DNA of 64,000 bases from Planctomycetota bacterium (GTDB taxonomy: Bacteria; Planctomycetota; Planctomycetia; Planctomycetales; Planctomycetaceae), in assembly GCA_018242525.1 (NCBI GenBank), contig JAFEBS010000014.1, positions 8,646-72,645 of the forward strand, read 5' to 3'. Under the pieces are notes generated by a model. That model made no database searches and was not told the origin of the DNA. It was given only the letters and a program-made list of their open reading frames with translations. Within the stretch, counting starts at the first letter, position 1, and the number at the start of each line of letters is the position of its first letter. The position numbers and the translations under genes were made by a program. Positions 1 to 9,559 of this stretch are shown piece by piece.

Positions 1-731
1 CAATTGATACGTCCCTGGATTCAAACGAGCCGGATGCCACGACGGTCGCGGAACCGAATGTCGCCAGCCATCATGATGGCAAGAAGGCCCCGATTTCGCT
101 GCTGCAGATTGTGTCCGTCCTGGCAGGGATGGGGTTACTGATCGGCGTGGCATTGTTCACCCGGCACTATCTGGAACGTCGAGCCGTTCGGTCTGCCATT
201 CAGAATTCTCAGATCGCACAGGCTCTTCCGCAAGCGCCGCTCACCAATGAGCAGTCGCAGATGTCCGCAACGAAGCGAGACCAAGGCCACGTCGAATCCA
301 CTGTCGAACGCTCGTCAGCCACGTTGTGGTTCGATCAACTGCTGGGGAATCAGTTGACGATTCGCGAAGAGCCGCTCGAATTTCCCAGCCAGATCGCTCT
401 GCAGGGACGAATTGTTCCAGCACCGGTTTATCGCCTGGATACAGCCGCTTCTCATCCGCCGACCCCGCATTTCACCATCCGTCAGCCAGGCGAGGTCGAA
501 CAGGCTGCGAGTCTGCCGGAGTCGGAACCGGAAGTCATTGACGAATTCGAGGATGCTCATTCGAGCCGACCATCGCGTCCTCATTTCCTGCGCCGTGCCG
601 GTGAAAAGACGGTTGCCGCGGCCGCGGTCATGGCGTCTCAGGCGGCCAGTCCGCCGGTTGTTGCCGAATTCAAACCAAGTTCGACTCCCGTCACCGACGC
701 CCTTCGTCATCTGCAGGGAGGTCAGCCGTGA
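1..731 (+). CDS. hypothetical single-pass membrane protein, 5' end outside the window
   Basis: The frame of track ORF 111..731 stays open back to nt 3 (IDTSLDSNEPDATTVAEPNVASHHDGKKAPISLLQIVSVLAGMGLLIGVALF...). It has one hydrophobic helix. Its TGA stop (729-731) overlaps the GTG start of the next ORF (GTGA). Confidence 0.45.
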   Translation, partial: IDTSLDSNEPDATTVAEPNVASHHDGKKAPISLLQIVSVLAGMGLLIGVALFTRHYLERRAVRSAIQNSQIAQALPQAPLTNEQSQMSATKRDQGHVESTVERSSATLWFDQLLGNQLTIREEPLEFPSQIALQGRIVPAPVYRLDTAASHPPTPHFTIRQPGEVEQAASLPESEPEVIDEFEDAHSSRPSRPHFLRRAGEKTVAAAAVMASQAASPPVVAEFKPSSTPVTDALRHLQGGQP

Positions 732-1651
732 GTGTTGGCCTGGACCTGGGGACCACCGAACTGCGTTCGATCCGTGATTCCGGCGGCGATCTGATTTCGC
801 GCCGCTGCCGCGCCTCGTACCTCGTCTTGAGAGATACGTCAGGGCATCGACGATTGCTCGAAAGCTTTCACGCCCGCCACGGAACCTGTGGTGACGATCT
901 GGTGGTGTTCGGCGATGATGCGGACGAATGCGGCTCAATGCTGGATGTGCCCGCCATTCCGTTGCTGCGCGACGGACGCCTTCCCACGGATGATCCTGTC
1001 GCCCGGCAGATCCTGGCACTGATGGTGGAGGCGGTGCTGCCGGTCAACGAGACGCCGGGTGCGATTTGCTGCATGACAGTTCCTGGCGGGTATGGCCTGG
1101 AAGGTGATACGCAGTCGCTGGATGTCCGTTTCCTGAAACAGTTGGTGGCCTTGCGGGGGTACACGCCGCAACTGATTTCGTCCGGGCATGCAGTCGTGCT
1201 GGCGGAATTGTCGAACTCGTCGTTTTCCGGATTGGGTATCAGCCTGGGGGCCACGAACTGCGAAGTGAGCGTCAACCATTGCGGTCGGGAACTGGCCGTA
1301 TTTACCGTCCCGGGCGAGTTGATTGACCTGGATGCTGCGGATCAACGTGGGGCCTGGGAACGCAACTGTTTGCGCGTTCTGACGACGATCTTAACCGAAG
1401 CCCGGGAAGCGCTGGATTCCGAGGGTTCGATCCGGCTAATCCAACATCCGGTCAGCATCGCCTGTACGGGTGGGATCACGGCGTCCGAGGGATTTGCGCG
1501 TCTGTTTCAGCAAGCCTGGCATCAGTCCGGCTGGCCGCTTCAGGTCGCTCAAGTTCGAATTGCGACGAATCCACGCTTTTGCATTGCCCGGGGTGGCCTG
1601 ATTAAGGCTATTCTAGTAGGCCGTCCTGTCTCCGAGCGGCGGGTTGCGTGA
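728..1651 (+). CDS. divergent actin-fold ATPase (MreB/EutJ/PilM-like)
   Basis: Phosphate-1-like GLDLGTTELR lies at the N terminus, phosphate-2-like GISLGATNCEV mid-protein, and an adenosine-like IACTGGITASEGF motif later. The 307-aa size suits a minimal actin/Hsp70-fold protein. The 4-nt start/stop overlap links it to the upstream membrane protein. Confidence 0.5.
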   Translation: MSVGLDLGTTELRSIRDSGGDLISRRCRASYLVLRDTSGHRRLLESFHARHGTCGDDLVVFGDDADECGSMLDVPAIPLLRDGRLPTDDPVARQILALMVEAVLPVNETPGAICCMTVPGGYGLEGDTQSLDVRFLKQLVALRGYTPQLISSGHAVVLAELSNSSFSGLGISLGATNCEVSVNHCGRELAVFTVPGELIDLDAADQRGAWERNCLRVLTTILTEAREALDSEGSIRLIQHPVSIACTGGITASEGFARLFQQAWHQSGWPLQVAQVRIATNPRFCIARGGLIKAILVGRPVSERRVA

Positions 1652-1705
1652 TCTGCGCAGCCTGCACTGTACTGTTTCCTGATTCATGTCTGGCAAGGCT
1701 GCATC

Positions 1706-2332
1706 GTGGCGCGAAACTGGCTTCTCGTCTTCGCGTGTTTGTGCGTGACGGGTGGAGGATGTTCCTCCCGGCATGCCCCTTCGTCGAATTCCGCGACGAA
1801 CGTTGTGGGATTTCAACTGCCGACTCATGCAGCCCGACAGATTCGTAAAGGTCAGCATTACGACTTCGATCGCTCGGCGATGGAAGCCCGGTTGCAGAAG
1901 ACCCTGGGGGGCCGACTGAGTCCGATGGATCAGGACGGGGTCACACAATACGAAAGCCGAGCTGGAAAATTCGTGCTGCAGATTAGTGGAAACCGGTCGG
2001 GGATCGAGCGGGCGACCCTGCGGTTGCATCGCAGCAATACGCTGTCTGAAAAACAGCGCACAGCGCGGGAGCGGGAAATCAAGATCATTGCCCAGGTATT
2101 GTTGATGGGTGATGACGGAACAAAATGGGTCTGTGAAGCGGCCTGCGGTTCTGTGGCAACCGCCACCCGCGAGGCAACCGAAGTCCACCAGTTCGGCAAG
2201 GCGAACTACATATTGAAGGCGTTCGAGCACGCCGACGCCGAAATTGATGACGAGCCGACGAATCCACGCCTGTGGATTACCATCGGGCCGCACATTGAAT
2301 TCGAGAAACCCGAGCCTGTTCCCGCGAAGTAG
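1706..2332 (+). CDS. hypothetical lipoprotein
   Basis: GTG start. The N terminus MARNWLLVFACLCVTGGGCSS looks like a lipoprotein signal peptide with a lipobox Cys. I recognised no family motif. Confidence 0.5.
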   Translation: MARNWLLVFACLCVTGGGCSSRHAPSSNSATNVVGFQLPTHAARQIRKGQHYDFDRSAMEARLQKTLGGRLSPMDQDGVTQYESRAGKFVLQISGNRSGIERATLRLHRSNTLSEKQRTAREREIKIIAQVLLMGDDGTKWVCEAACGSVATATREATEVHQFGKANYILKAFEHADAEIDDEPTNPRLWITIGPHIEFEKPEPVPAK

Positions 2333-2569
2333 GCCGGGCCTCACTTGCTCCGGCGCGCCGCAACCCTCATTGTATGAGCCCGCGCGGGGACCGGACCTGC
2401 CATCGGCAAGCGCTGGCGAGGGCGTGGTGAATGCCTGGAAATCAGCGATTCGCTCCGGCGAACGCTGTGGATGACATCTGAAATGTGCCCAACGCTGTAT
2501 AGCGGGCCAGGCCTGCGCGGCGGAAGGTTCGCCGCACCCGTTTCATTCGACCGAGAAAGTTCGACGATC

Positions 2570-3874
2570 ATGGTGGAAGTCTGTCCGTTTCGTGGCTGGC
2601 GTTACGATGTCGCTCAGGTCGGTGACCTGTCCGATGTCGTCACGCCACCCTACGATGTCATTGATGCCCGACAGCAGGACGATCTGTTCAAGAAGCATCC
2701 GTGTAACTTTATCCGACTGGAATTGAATCGCGATGAACCGGGCGACGCGTCACCAGATTCCAAATACGAACGCGCGGCCGGATTCTGGAAGCATTGGCGG
2801 CTGGATGGCATCCTGCGCCAGGAACACGAAGACGCGCTGTACGTCTATTCGCAGGAATTCGAGTGGGAAGGACAGACCCATGTCCGTAGCGGGTTCATGG
2901 GACGAGTACGACTGGAGGAGTTCGGGACAGGGAACATTTTTCCGCACGAACAAACGCTGACGGGTCCCAAGGCCGACCGGCTGAAACTGATTCGGGCCAC
3001 CAAAGCCAACCTGTCGCCGATCTTCGGCCTGTATCCCGATGAGACCGGGGATGTGCAGCAGGCATTGAACAATACCTGCCTGACCCTCACCCCGAATGTG
3101 GCGACCGATCATCTGGGAGTGATTCACAAGGTCTGGGTGGTGACCGATCACAATGTGATCAACAAGGTCAAGGCGGGGTTGCGAGAAACCCCCGTGTTCA
3201 TCGCGGATGGACATCACCGCTATGAAACAGCCTTGAACTACCGCCGGGAATTGCAGGCGTCCGGCAAGCTGAACGACGACATGGCTCCCGCGAACTTCGT
3301 CTTGATGATGTGTGTGGGGATGCAGGATCCTGGCTTGCAGATCCTGCCGACTCACCGCCTGGTTTCTGGTCTGCCGCAACTGACTTCGGCCGAGTTACAG
3401 AAGTGCCTGGCAGTACACTGCGAAATTGAAGTGATGGGGACTGGCGAGGAAGCGGCCCGCGACACGTGGGAAATGATCGAACTGGAAGGTGCCCAGAATG
3501 TCTTTGGCTTTGGAACTGCTGCGGACAACACCTGGATCCTGGCACGAGTGATCGATGCCAGCCCGATGGCAACCCTGGCCGCGGAACAGAGTGCCACCTG
3601 GCAGTCGCTGGGGGTCAGCATCCTTCATAAGCTGCTGCTGGAAGAGTTGATTTTCCCGCAGTTCGCCGGTAATCCGATGTTCCAATACGTGCATCGCGTG
3701 GACGAAACGACAGCCGCCCTCAAAGTGAAGTCGCACCAGTTGGCATGCCTGGTGGCACCCGCGAAGATTGAACACGTCGAGGAAATCGCGGCGGGCCGCG
3801 AAACGATGCCGCCGAAAAGTACATACTTTTATCCGAAGTTGTTGTCGGGAATGGTGGCCCATTCACTAGTCTAA
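2570..3874 (+). CDS. DUF1015 family protein
   Basis: PFRGWRYD...VVTPPYDVI N-terminal signature and FIADGHHRYETAL motif. I moved the start to ATG 2570 (MVEVCPFRGWRY); the track ORF begins at 2471. Confidence 0.8.
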   Translation: MVEVCPFRGWRYDVAQVGDLSDVVTPPYDVIDARQQDDLFKKHPCNFIRLELNRDEPGDASPDSKYERAAGFWKHWRLDGILRQEHEDALYVYSQEFEWEGQTHVRSGFMGRVRLEEFGTGNIFPHEQTLTGPKADRLKLIRATKANLSPIFGLYPDETGDVQQALNNTCLTLTPNVATDHLGVIHKVWVVTDHNVINKVKAGLRETPVFIADGHHRYETALNYRRELQASGKLNDDMAPANFVLMMCVGMQDPGLQILPTHRLVSGLPQLTSAELQKCLAVHCEIEVMGTGEEAARDTWEMIELEGAQNVFGFGTAADNTWILARVIDASPMATLAAEQSATWQSLGVSILHKLLLEELIFPQFAGNPMFQYVHRVDETTAALKVKSHQLACLVAPAKIEHVEEIAAGRETMPPKSTYFYPKLLSGMVAHSLV

Positions 3875-4009
3875 TGACACCTCCCCCAAAAAAGCCGGAG
3901 CAGTTCCAGGCGATAATAGTTAGCCGCGGGTGTATTCTTACTTGTCCATGAAGAACCGGCGGCTGGTGCCTTGCCACTCAAGAGCCCGGCTCACCAGACG
4001 AACGGGTGG

Positions 4010-4028
4010 CCGACGCTGGCAGCGTCGG
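4010..4028. repeat. 19-nt hairpin motif CCGACGC-TGGCA-GCGTCGG just downstream of the protease stop codon; near-identical copy at 24501..24519
   Basis: 7-bp stem with a 5-nt loop. It matches the copy after yidD at 18/19 nt. Both copies sit within about 30 nt of the stop of a minus-strand gene. No U-tract follows. Confidence 0.5.
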
Positions 4029-4033
4029 ACACG

Positions 4034-5191
4034 TCATTCGACAGTATCTGCGGCGTCGGTGCTGCCCAGTGTCATGCGGACCTGACTTTTGCGGCCGTCG
4101 CGGATCACGGTGACCAGGATCTGATCGCCGGGACGCTTCCCCTCGATATAGCTCAGGAAATCCTCGGCGTTGGCGATTTTCTGATCGTCCAGGCCAATGA
4201 TCAGGTCCGCGGCGGCCCGGTCTTCGCGGGCAAATGCGAGCCGACCCAGGCGCGACTTGACGATCTTGGGTCCGCGCAGTCCCGCCTTCTCGGCCGGTCC
4301 ATTCGGTCGCAGTTCTGCGATCAGCAACCCTTTTTCCGTCTGATAGACCTTGTCGATGCCGCTTTCCGGACGAATGACCCGGCCATGTTTCAGCAGTTGG
4401 GGAACGACGCGCGAGATCAGGCTGACGGGAATGGCAAAGCCAACTCCCGAACTCTGACCGGACGTGGTGGCAATCGCCGTGTTGATGCCAATCAGTCGGC
4501 CATGCGAATCCAGCAGGGGGCCCCCGGAACTGCCGGGGTTGATGGCGGCATCAATCTGGATGATCGACTTGATCTTCCAGTTTCCGTGAATCTGCAGCGA
4601 CCGGTTCAGGCTGGAAATAATCCCCGTCGTCAGCGTTCGTTCCAATCCGAACGGGTTTCCGAGGGCGAACACGTTCATTCCCACCTTCAAGGATCGGGAG
4701 TCGCCCAGCATGACGGGAAAGATCTCGTCGGTGCCCACGTCGACACGAATGACCGCCAGGTCATTCAACGGATCCGAGCCGACGGGGGTGGCATCGTAGG
4801 TCTTGCCATTGTACAGCGTGACGGCGATCTCTTTGGCACCGCCCACGACATGGTGATTCGTCAGGATGTGCCCATCCAGATCGATGAATGCTCCCGATCC
4901 ACTCCCTTCAGACGATCCTGCGAAGAGCGAACGCTCATTCTTGATCGCTTTTGCAGTGATGTTGACGACACTGCGATTGACAGCTTCGTAAACGGCCACC
5001 GTCACCGCTTCGTCCGGCGTATGGCCGTCTTCGTTGAAGACGCGACTGATCGGCGGAGAAATCCGTTCCACGGGCGAGGGTGGAACAATCTGTTCGTAGG
5101 CCACAACGGTTCGTCCCGGAGGACTGATCATCCAGATAGTCAGTGCGCTGCCGAACATCGCAGAGCAGAAGCATCCCAACAGCAGTCTCAT
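4034..5191 (-). CDS. HtrA/DegP-family periplasmic serine protease (S1C) with PDZ-like C-terminal region
   Basis: Catalytic His (GHILTNHHVV), Asp (NDLAVIRV) and Ser (NPGSSGGPLL) contexts. N-terminal hydrophobic anchor. A GGAGAGGA SD favours ATG 5191 over the track start 5209. Confidence 0.9.
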   Translation of the reverse strand: MRLLLGCFCSAMFGSALTIWMISPPGRTVVAYEQIVPPSPVERISPPISRVFNEDGHTPDEAVTVAVYEAVNRSVVNITAKAIKNERSLFAGSSEGSGSGAFIDLDGHILTNHHVVGGAKEIAVTLYNGKTYDATPVGSDPLNDLAVIRVDVGTDEIFPVMLGDSRSLKVGMNVFALGNPFGLERTLTTGIISSLNRSLQIHGNWKIKSIIQIDAAINPGSSGGPLLDSHGRLIGINTAIATTSGQSSGVGFAIPVSLISRVVPQLLKHGRVIRPESGIDKVYQTEKGLLIAELRPNGPAEKAGLRGPKIVKSRLGRLAFAREDRAAADLIIGLDDQKIANAEDFLSYIEGKRPGDQILVTVIRDGRKSQVRMTLGSTDAADTVE

Positions 5192-5277
5192 GCGTATTCC
5201 TCTCCGCATCTGTCACCCGGGCGCGGCTTTCCCAGCGTAGCCGATCTCGTAAGAGATCGGACGTCGAGTGACATACT

Positions 5278-5297
5278 CTGAATTCTCACGAATTCAG
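5278..5297. repeat. 20-nt perfect hairpin CTGAATTC-TCAC-GAATTCAG in the protease 5' region
   Basis: It has the same 8-bp stem and TCAC loop architecture as CCGAAGTC-TCAC-GACTTCGG at 14096 and 55647. It differs at two base pairs, both compensated. Confidence 0.4.
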
Positions 5298-5517
5298 CGA
5301 CAAAAGATCGTCACCCGCGTTGGGCGGCTCCCGCGCTTCTGCATTCTCACCAAAACCACCCCATCAGGCTTTGCCCAACAATGGGGTCAGCCCAATTTGT
5401 TGCGCAAAGCCACCCGACAACCATGGATGGTATAGATACTTTCGCAATCCGCCTCAAGACCGTCCGTCAATTCCAAGACGGGAACCTGGGTTGATCACAT
5501 GCTGGTCGGCCTGTTCG

Positions 5518-8500
5518 TTATTTCAAGTTCGCCAGGAATTCAACCACGTCTCGCAATTCACGGGGGGAAAGCGCCCGGTTCATTTCCGGCATGGCGGACT
5601 TCGGGGCCGAGCGCTCGTCGACATCGGCCGTTTTCAGGGTGACCCGGACTCCATTGGGTTGCTCGAGAACGATCTCCCCCATTTCCTCGCTGCGGATCAA
5701 GCCGCCGTAGATCTTGCCATCGTTCATGACCAGTGTGACGGTCTCAAACCCCTTGGCGATCCTGGCACTGGGGTCCACCAGCGATTGCAGCAACGACATG
5801 CGATCGTGACGAAGGGCGACATTGTGCAGGTCCGGTCCCGCGGTGCCCCCGGTCAGTTCGTTTCCCACCTTGTGACAGCGAACACATTGTCCCACGCGAT
5901 GGCCCAGGACGATTTCGCGTCCCCGCTCGGAGTCGCCTCCGTTCAGAGAGATGCGGTGTCGAGCGAGCAAATCACCGGCAACCTGCCGGGCACGAAATTG
6001 ATCGGCAGCCTGCTTCAGTTCGGGAAGGTCCCGGAGTGTGGCGGCTTCGAGAAGATCCAATTGAAGCGATTCAGGGACCTGATCCCCGGCCAGCTTGTTC
6101 ATCCACGACAACAACAGCTTGTCGGCGAAATTGCGTTTAAGCGTCGCCAGGGCCAACAACGCCCGTTGACGCTCCACGATCGCGGCAGAATCGCTGTTGA
6201 GCGCTTCTTCCAGCACCGTGAAGGACTCGACCGGCTTGAGGATCGCCAGCAGATCGCGTGCTTCTGCGCGGACAAGCGGACGATCGGCTTTCAGAGCGAC
6301 TTCAATCGCCTGCATGGCCAGCGGCGATTTGCGAAATGTCAGCAATCGCAGCGCCGCCGTCTGTGTGGCGGTATTCCTGGACGAGTCATTGACCCACCCT
6401 GCAAACACAGTGTCGTCCGTCGGCAATTGGTAACGGGCGATCAGCTTGACGACATCGGCTTGTAGTTCGTTGCCAGCACCGCCCAGCAGCGTCGCGACGT
6501 TGTCGGCCAGGTACGATTTTACGTGAGCCATTGCCTGCGGATCACGAGCGGGGACAGGTCGCCAGAACCCGGTCACGCGATCACGGGGGGCCGGCTGGTC
6601 CCAATCATGAAGGGCAGCCAATGCTTCCCGCCGAATTGTCAGGCTCAGCCCGGGTTCAACCACGAGCGACAGGACTCGCCGGGCCTGTTCCAAGCCGCCC
6701 AGACGAAAGTTCACGTTGATGATGCGCCGCGCCAGCGGTTCGGGAGCTTTTGCGGCGGAAGCTGCCTTCAGGGTTGGTGTCATTGCCGCCAGATGGGGGA
6801 AACTGGCTTCCAGCGGCAGGTCGCTGATCGCTCTGGCGGCTTCCGTGACGATGTTGATGTTTTGATCAAGCAGGGCGTGCTGCATGCCGGCATTGGTTGC
6901 TGACGTCGTGCTGACATCCTGGTTCAGGTTGTACGACCAATCGTGCTGCTGCAGATGCAAATGACGTAACGCAAGCACGCCGACCAGTCGAACCGCCGCA
7001 CTTTGGTCCGACAGCAGAGGACTAAGTTGTGAAGTGGTCGTTGACTGACTCAGGCGGGCGGCGGCCATGACGCAGGCGTGACGCAGCCAGGGGTCAGCGT
7101 CGTTGTTCAACCGGATCAATTCCAGCAATTCGAGTGGGGCAGACGGGAATTCCAACCGGGAGATTGCCATCGCGGTAAAAAGCCGGACTCGGGGGCTTTT
7201 GTCCGAAAGCAGCTTCAAAACTGATGCAACTTGAGGCTTGTGAACGTCGCTGACTACCCCAGCGTGTTCGCCGATCAGTCGGACGGACCACGCCCGGATT
7301 TCGTCGTCTTCGTCATGAATGACACTGGCGATGGCGGTGACCGCGTTTGTTCGCAATTCCGCAGGATTGACCTGGCGGTGCGATCGCGCTCCCGCCAGTT
7401 GGCCCAGTCCCCACAAGGCGTGCAGGCGGGCCAAACGGGGACCGGAGGAGGCTAACGCGGCCTGAAACAACGGCAGCGATTCTTCGCCACGCGAGGCCAG
7501 TTCAAATTGAGCACGCTGGCGGACTCGCAGATCCGCATGCGCCAGCAATTCGACCAGGACCTTGAAATCAAGCTTTGGGAATCCTTCCCGTACCAGATCC
7601 GCAGTCTGCTTCACCGCGTGATCCTGAATATGCTTCGGATCGAAAATGGTATAGATTCGTCCGCCTGAACTGCCGCCGTTCCAGATCAGGTTGACGAAGT
7701 CACTCACGTACAGCCTGCCGTCGTATCCAAATTCGCAATCGGTGGCTGAGATGGGGGTCAGGAACTGATGTTCGTCGGTCGTTTCGAAGCCGGCGCCACG
7801 TGGCCGAACGGTGAAGGCATCTATGTCGCCATTGCCCGTGTAATTGCACATGAAGAAATGGTGATCGTAACGCGGGGACAGGCCGGTTCCCGGATAGTAG
7901 GTGAATCCAGACGGTCCGGCTCCCAGCTTGCCCACGGCCGGCAGGCACCACGCGGGCCGATCGGGTGACGTCGCGCTGTCATCCGGTTGGTGTTCTGTGA
8001 TCCCGGCGTCGACGCTGCCATTCCATAGGTGCCACATCTTTTCCGCGTGCCACGGCCCGGTCAGATACGGATCCGGGATCGACTGAAACGACATGTTCCA
8101 GCCACTGTCGCTGCCTTCCAGACAATAGACCAATCGTGAATGATCACCTTTGTCGCAATTGTTGTCGGCCGCGAACAGATTGCCAAATTGATCGAAGGCC
8201 AATTCCTGAGGGTTGCGCAGTCCCCGGCAAACAACCTCCAGTTCACTGCCGTCCGGATAACAACGAAAGACGGCTCCATTGCGGGGACCATGCAGGATCT
8301 TGCCCTCATTCGTCGTGATATGGAAACCACGATCGCCGATCGAGAAATACAATTTGCCGTCGGGACCCCAGCACAAGCCGTGCAGATCGTGACCCAGGAA
8401 CCCGGCGTTCACGCCGAACCCGGTATGAACGATGGTACGTTCATCGGCCACACCATCGCCATTCGTGTCCCGCAGTCGCCACAGATTCGGAATGCAGGTG

Positions 8501-9021
8501 AAATAGACATCACCGTCCCTGGCCATGACACCCGCGGCCAAACCATCCAGTGTCCCGTTAAAGCCGGGAGCAAACACTGTGGACCGATCCGCCTTGCCGT
8601 CTCCATCGGTGTCCTCAAGCAGTCGAACCTGGTCGGCAACCTTGCGAAACCAGTCCATCCCTCCTTCAAACTTCGATGCGAACTTCTCGTACATCTTCAG
8701 GCGGTCGTCGAGTGTCTGGATCTGCAGATCATCGTCCAGCAGGAATGGGCGAGTGCGATTCTCCTCGGTCCCCTGGTTGAACCGGTATTCCTCCGCCACG
8801 TAGACCCGGTTGCGTTCATCCAGTCCGATCGCGACAGGCGATGCCAGCTTCGGCTCCGCGGCGAACAATTCCACTTTCAGTCCGTCGGGGACTTTGAACG
8901 CGGCAAGGCGCCTGGTGGCGGCTTCGGTGCCGTCCGGAAGTTCCGATGGAGCGGCCATTCCCTGTCCGACGAGTCCGCCCACGATGACCACGACACGCAC
9001 TGCAAAACCGAAATGACGCAC
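5518..9021 (-). CDS. PVC-type heme-binding CxxCH protein (membrane-bound dehydrogenase-like beta-propeller + HEAT repeats + C-terminal cytochrome c)
   Basis: N-terminal FKVPDGLKVELFAAEPKLASPVAIGLDERNRVYVAE and DTDGDGKADR motifs. A long HEAT-like middle section. C-terminal CVRCHKV heme-binding site followed by the RSAPKSAMPEM region. Confidence 0.85.
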   Translation of the reverse strand: MRHFGFAVRVVVIVGGLVGQGMAAPSELPDGTEAATRRLAAFKVPDGLKVELFAAEPKLASPVAIGLDERNRVYVAEEYRFNQGTEENRTRPFLLDDDLQIQTLDDRLKMYEKFASKFEGGMDWFRKVADQVRLLEDTDGDGKADRSTVFAPGFNGTLDGLAAGVMARDGDVYFTCIPNLWRLRDTNGDGVADERTIVHTGFGVNAGFLGHDLHGLCWGPDGKLYFSIGDRGFHITTNEGKILHGPRNGAVFRCYPDGSELEVVCRGLRNPQELAFDQFGNLFAADNNCDKGDHSRLVYCLEGSDSGWNMSFQSIPDPYLTGPWHAEKMWHLWNGSVDAGITEHQPDDSATSPDRPAWCLPAVGKLGAGPSGFTYYPGTGLSPRYDHHFFMCNYTGNGDIDAFTVRPRGAGFETTDEHQFLTPISATDCEFGYDGRLYVSDFVNLIWNGGSSGGRIYTIFDPKHIQDHAVKQTADLVREGFPKLDFKVLVELLAHADLRVRQRAQFELASRGEESLPLFQAALASSGPRLARLHALWGLGQLAGARSHRQVNPAELRTNAVTAIASVIHDEDDEIRAWSVRLIGEHAGVVSDVHKPQVASVLKLLSDKSPRVRLFTAMAISRLEFPSAPLELLELIRLNNDADPWLRHACVMAAARLSQSTTTSQLSPLLSDQSAAVRLVGVLALRHLHLQQHDWSYNLNQDVSTTSATNAGMQHALLDQNINIVTEAARAISDLPLEASFPHLAAMTPTLKAASAAKAPEPLARRIINVNFRLGGLEQARRVLSLVVEPGLSLTIRREALAALHDWDQPAPRDRVTGFWRPVPARDPQAMAHVKSYLADNVATLLGGAGNELQADVVKLIARYQLPTDDTVFAGWVNDSSRNTATQTAALRLLTFRKSPLAMQAIEVALKADRPLVRAEARDLLAILKPVESFTVLEEALNSDSAAIVERQRALLALATLKRNFADKLLLSWMNKLAGDQVPESLQLDLLEAATLRDLPELKQAADQFRARQVAGDLLARHRISLNGGDSERGREIVLGHRVGQCVRCHKVGNELTGGTAGPDLHNVALRHDRMSLLQSLVDPSARIAKGFETVTLVMNDGKIYGGLIRSEEMGEIVLEQPNGVRVTLKTADVDERSAPKSAMPEMNRALSPRELRDVVEFLANLK

Positions 9022-9182
9022 GATCAGACCCCCACGGACTTCAAACCAGTGAACAAACCATCAAGTCAGCTTTTGTACCACCGGTCCTGGGGAAAGGCGA
9101 TGTTACCGACCGTGACTGGCCAATGGCACTGACTTTGCTCGCCCGACGCGCGCGTTTTGAAGTTACGACTTTTCTCGTTCAT

Positions 9183-9490
9183 CGTTCCCAAGCTCCCGCT
9201 TGGGAACGCCCGTCTTTGAAGCTCCGCTTCACGGTCCCTAGCACACCCGTACGTCCAGTCAGTCACCATGTCGACCAGTCCAAGTTGGCACGCACAGGGG
9301 CGGGCGATGGAGTATCTCCAATGCACTGAATCGTCAACATAGCTGCGTGCAACCGGATTGTTGTGCGTACATTCCAGTGACTGCCGCATCATTTCGTCGC
9401 TCTGGACCGTCAGAGACTGATCTCCTGCCGAATACCGACCGCGAAGCGGAGCTTCGAAGACGGGCGTTCCCAAGCGGGAGCTTGGGAACG
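9183..9490. mobile_element. REP-like 48-nt inverted repeat pair (9183..9230 and 9443..9490) bracketing a RAYT-type transposase remnant
   Basis: The two arms are reverse complements at 47/48 nt. Each arm holds an internal 11-bp hairpin (CGTTCCCAAGC-TCCC-GCTTGGGAACG) and a small GAAGC-NNN-GCTTC hairpin. Confidence 0.65.
9294..9413 (-). pseudogene. C-terminal fragment of a REP-associated tyrosine transposase (RAYT / IS200-like Y1 family)
   Basis: The minus-strand peptide SDEMMRQSLECTHNNPVARSYVDDSVHWRYSIA matches the conserved RAYT C-terminal pattern (YIHxNPVxxGLVxxxxxWxWSS). The HUH and catalytic-Tyr regions are absent. Confidence 0.55.
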
Positions 9491-9559
9491 AGAAAACGAG
9501 AAAAACATTCTGCGATACGATTTAGCAACGCGTGTCAGCGTCCATTCAGGGCGATGGTG

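Noticed and set aside
3971-5281. 436-aa plus-strand ORF
   Set aside because: It lies exactly antisense to the HtrA-like protease, whose catalytic motifs are unambiguous. It is a typical high-GC shadow ORF (Arg/Gly/Asp-rich, no motifs).
5320-9132. Plus-strand ORFs 5320..6465 (381 aa) and 8140..9132 (330 aa)
   Set aside because: Both are antisense to the 1167-aa PVC-type heme-binding gene, which has clear domain motifs. They are shadow ORFs.
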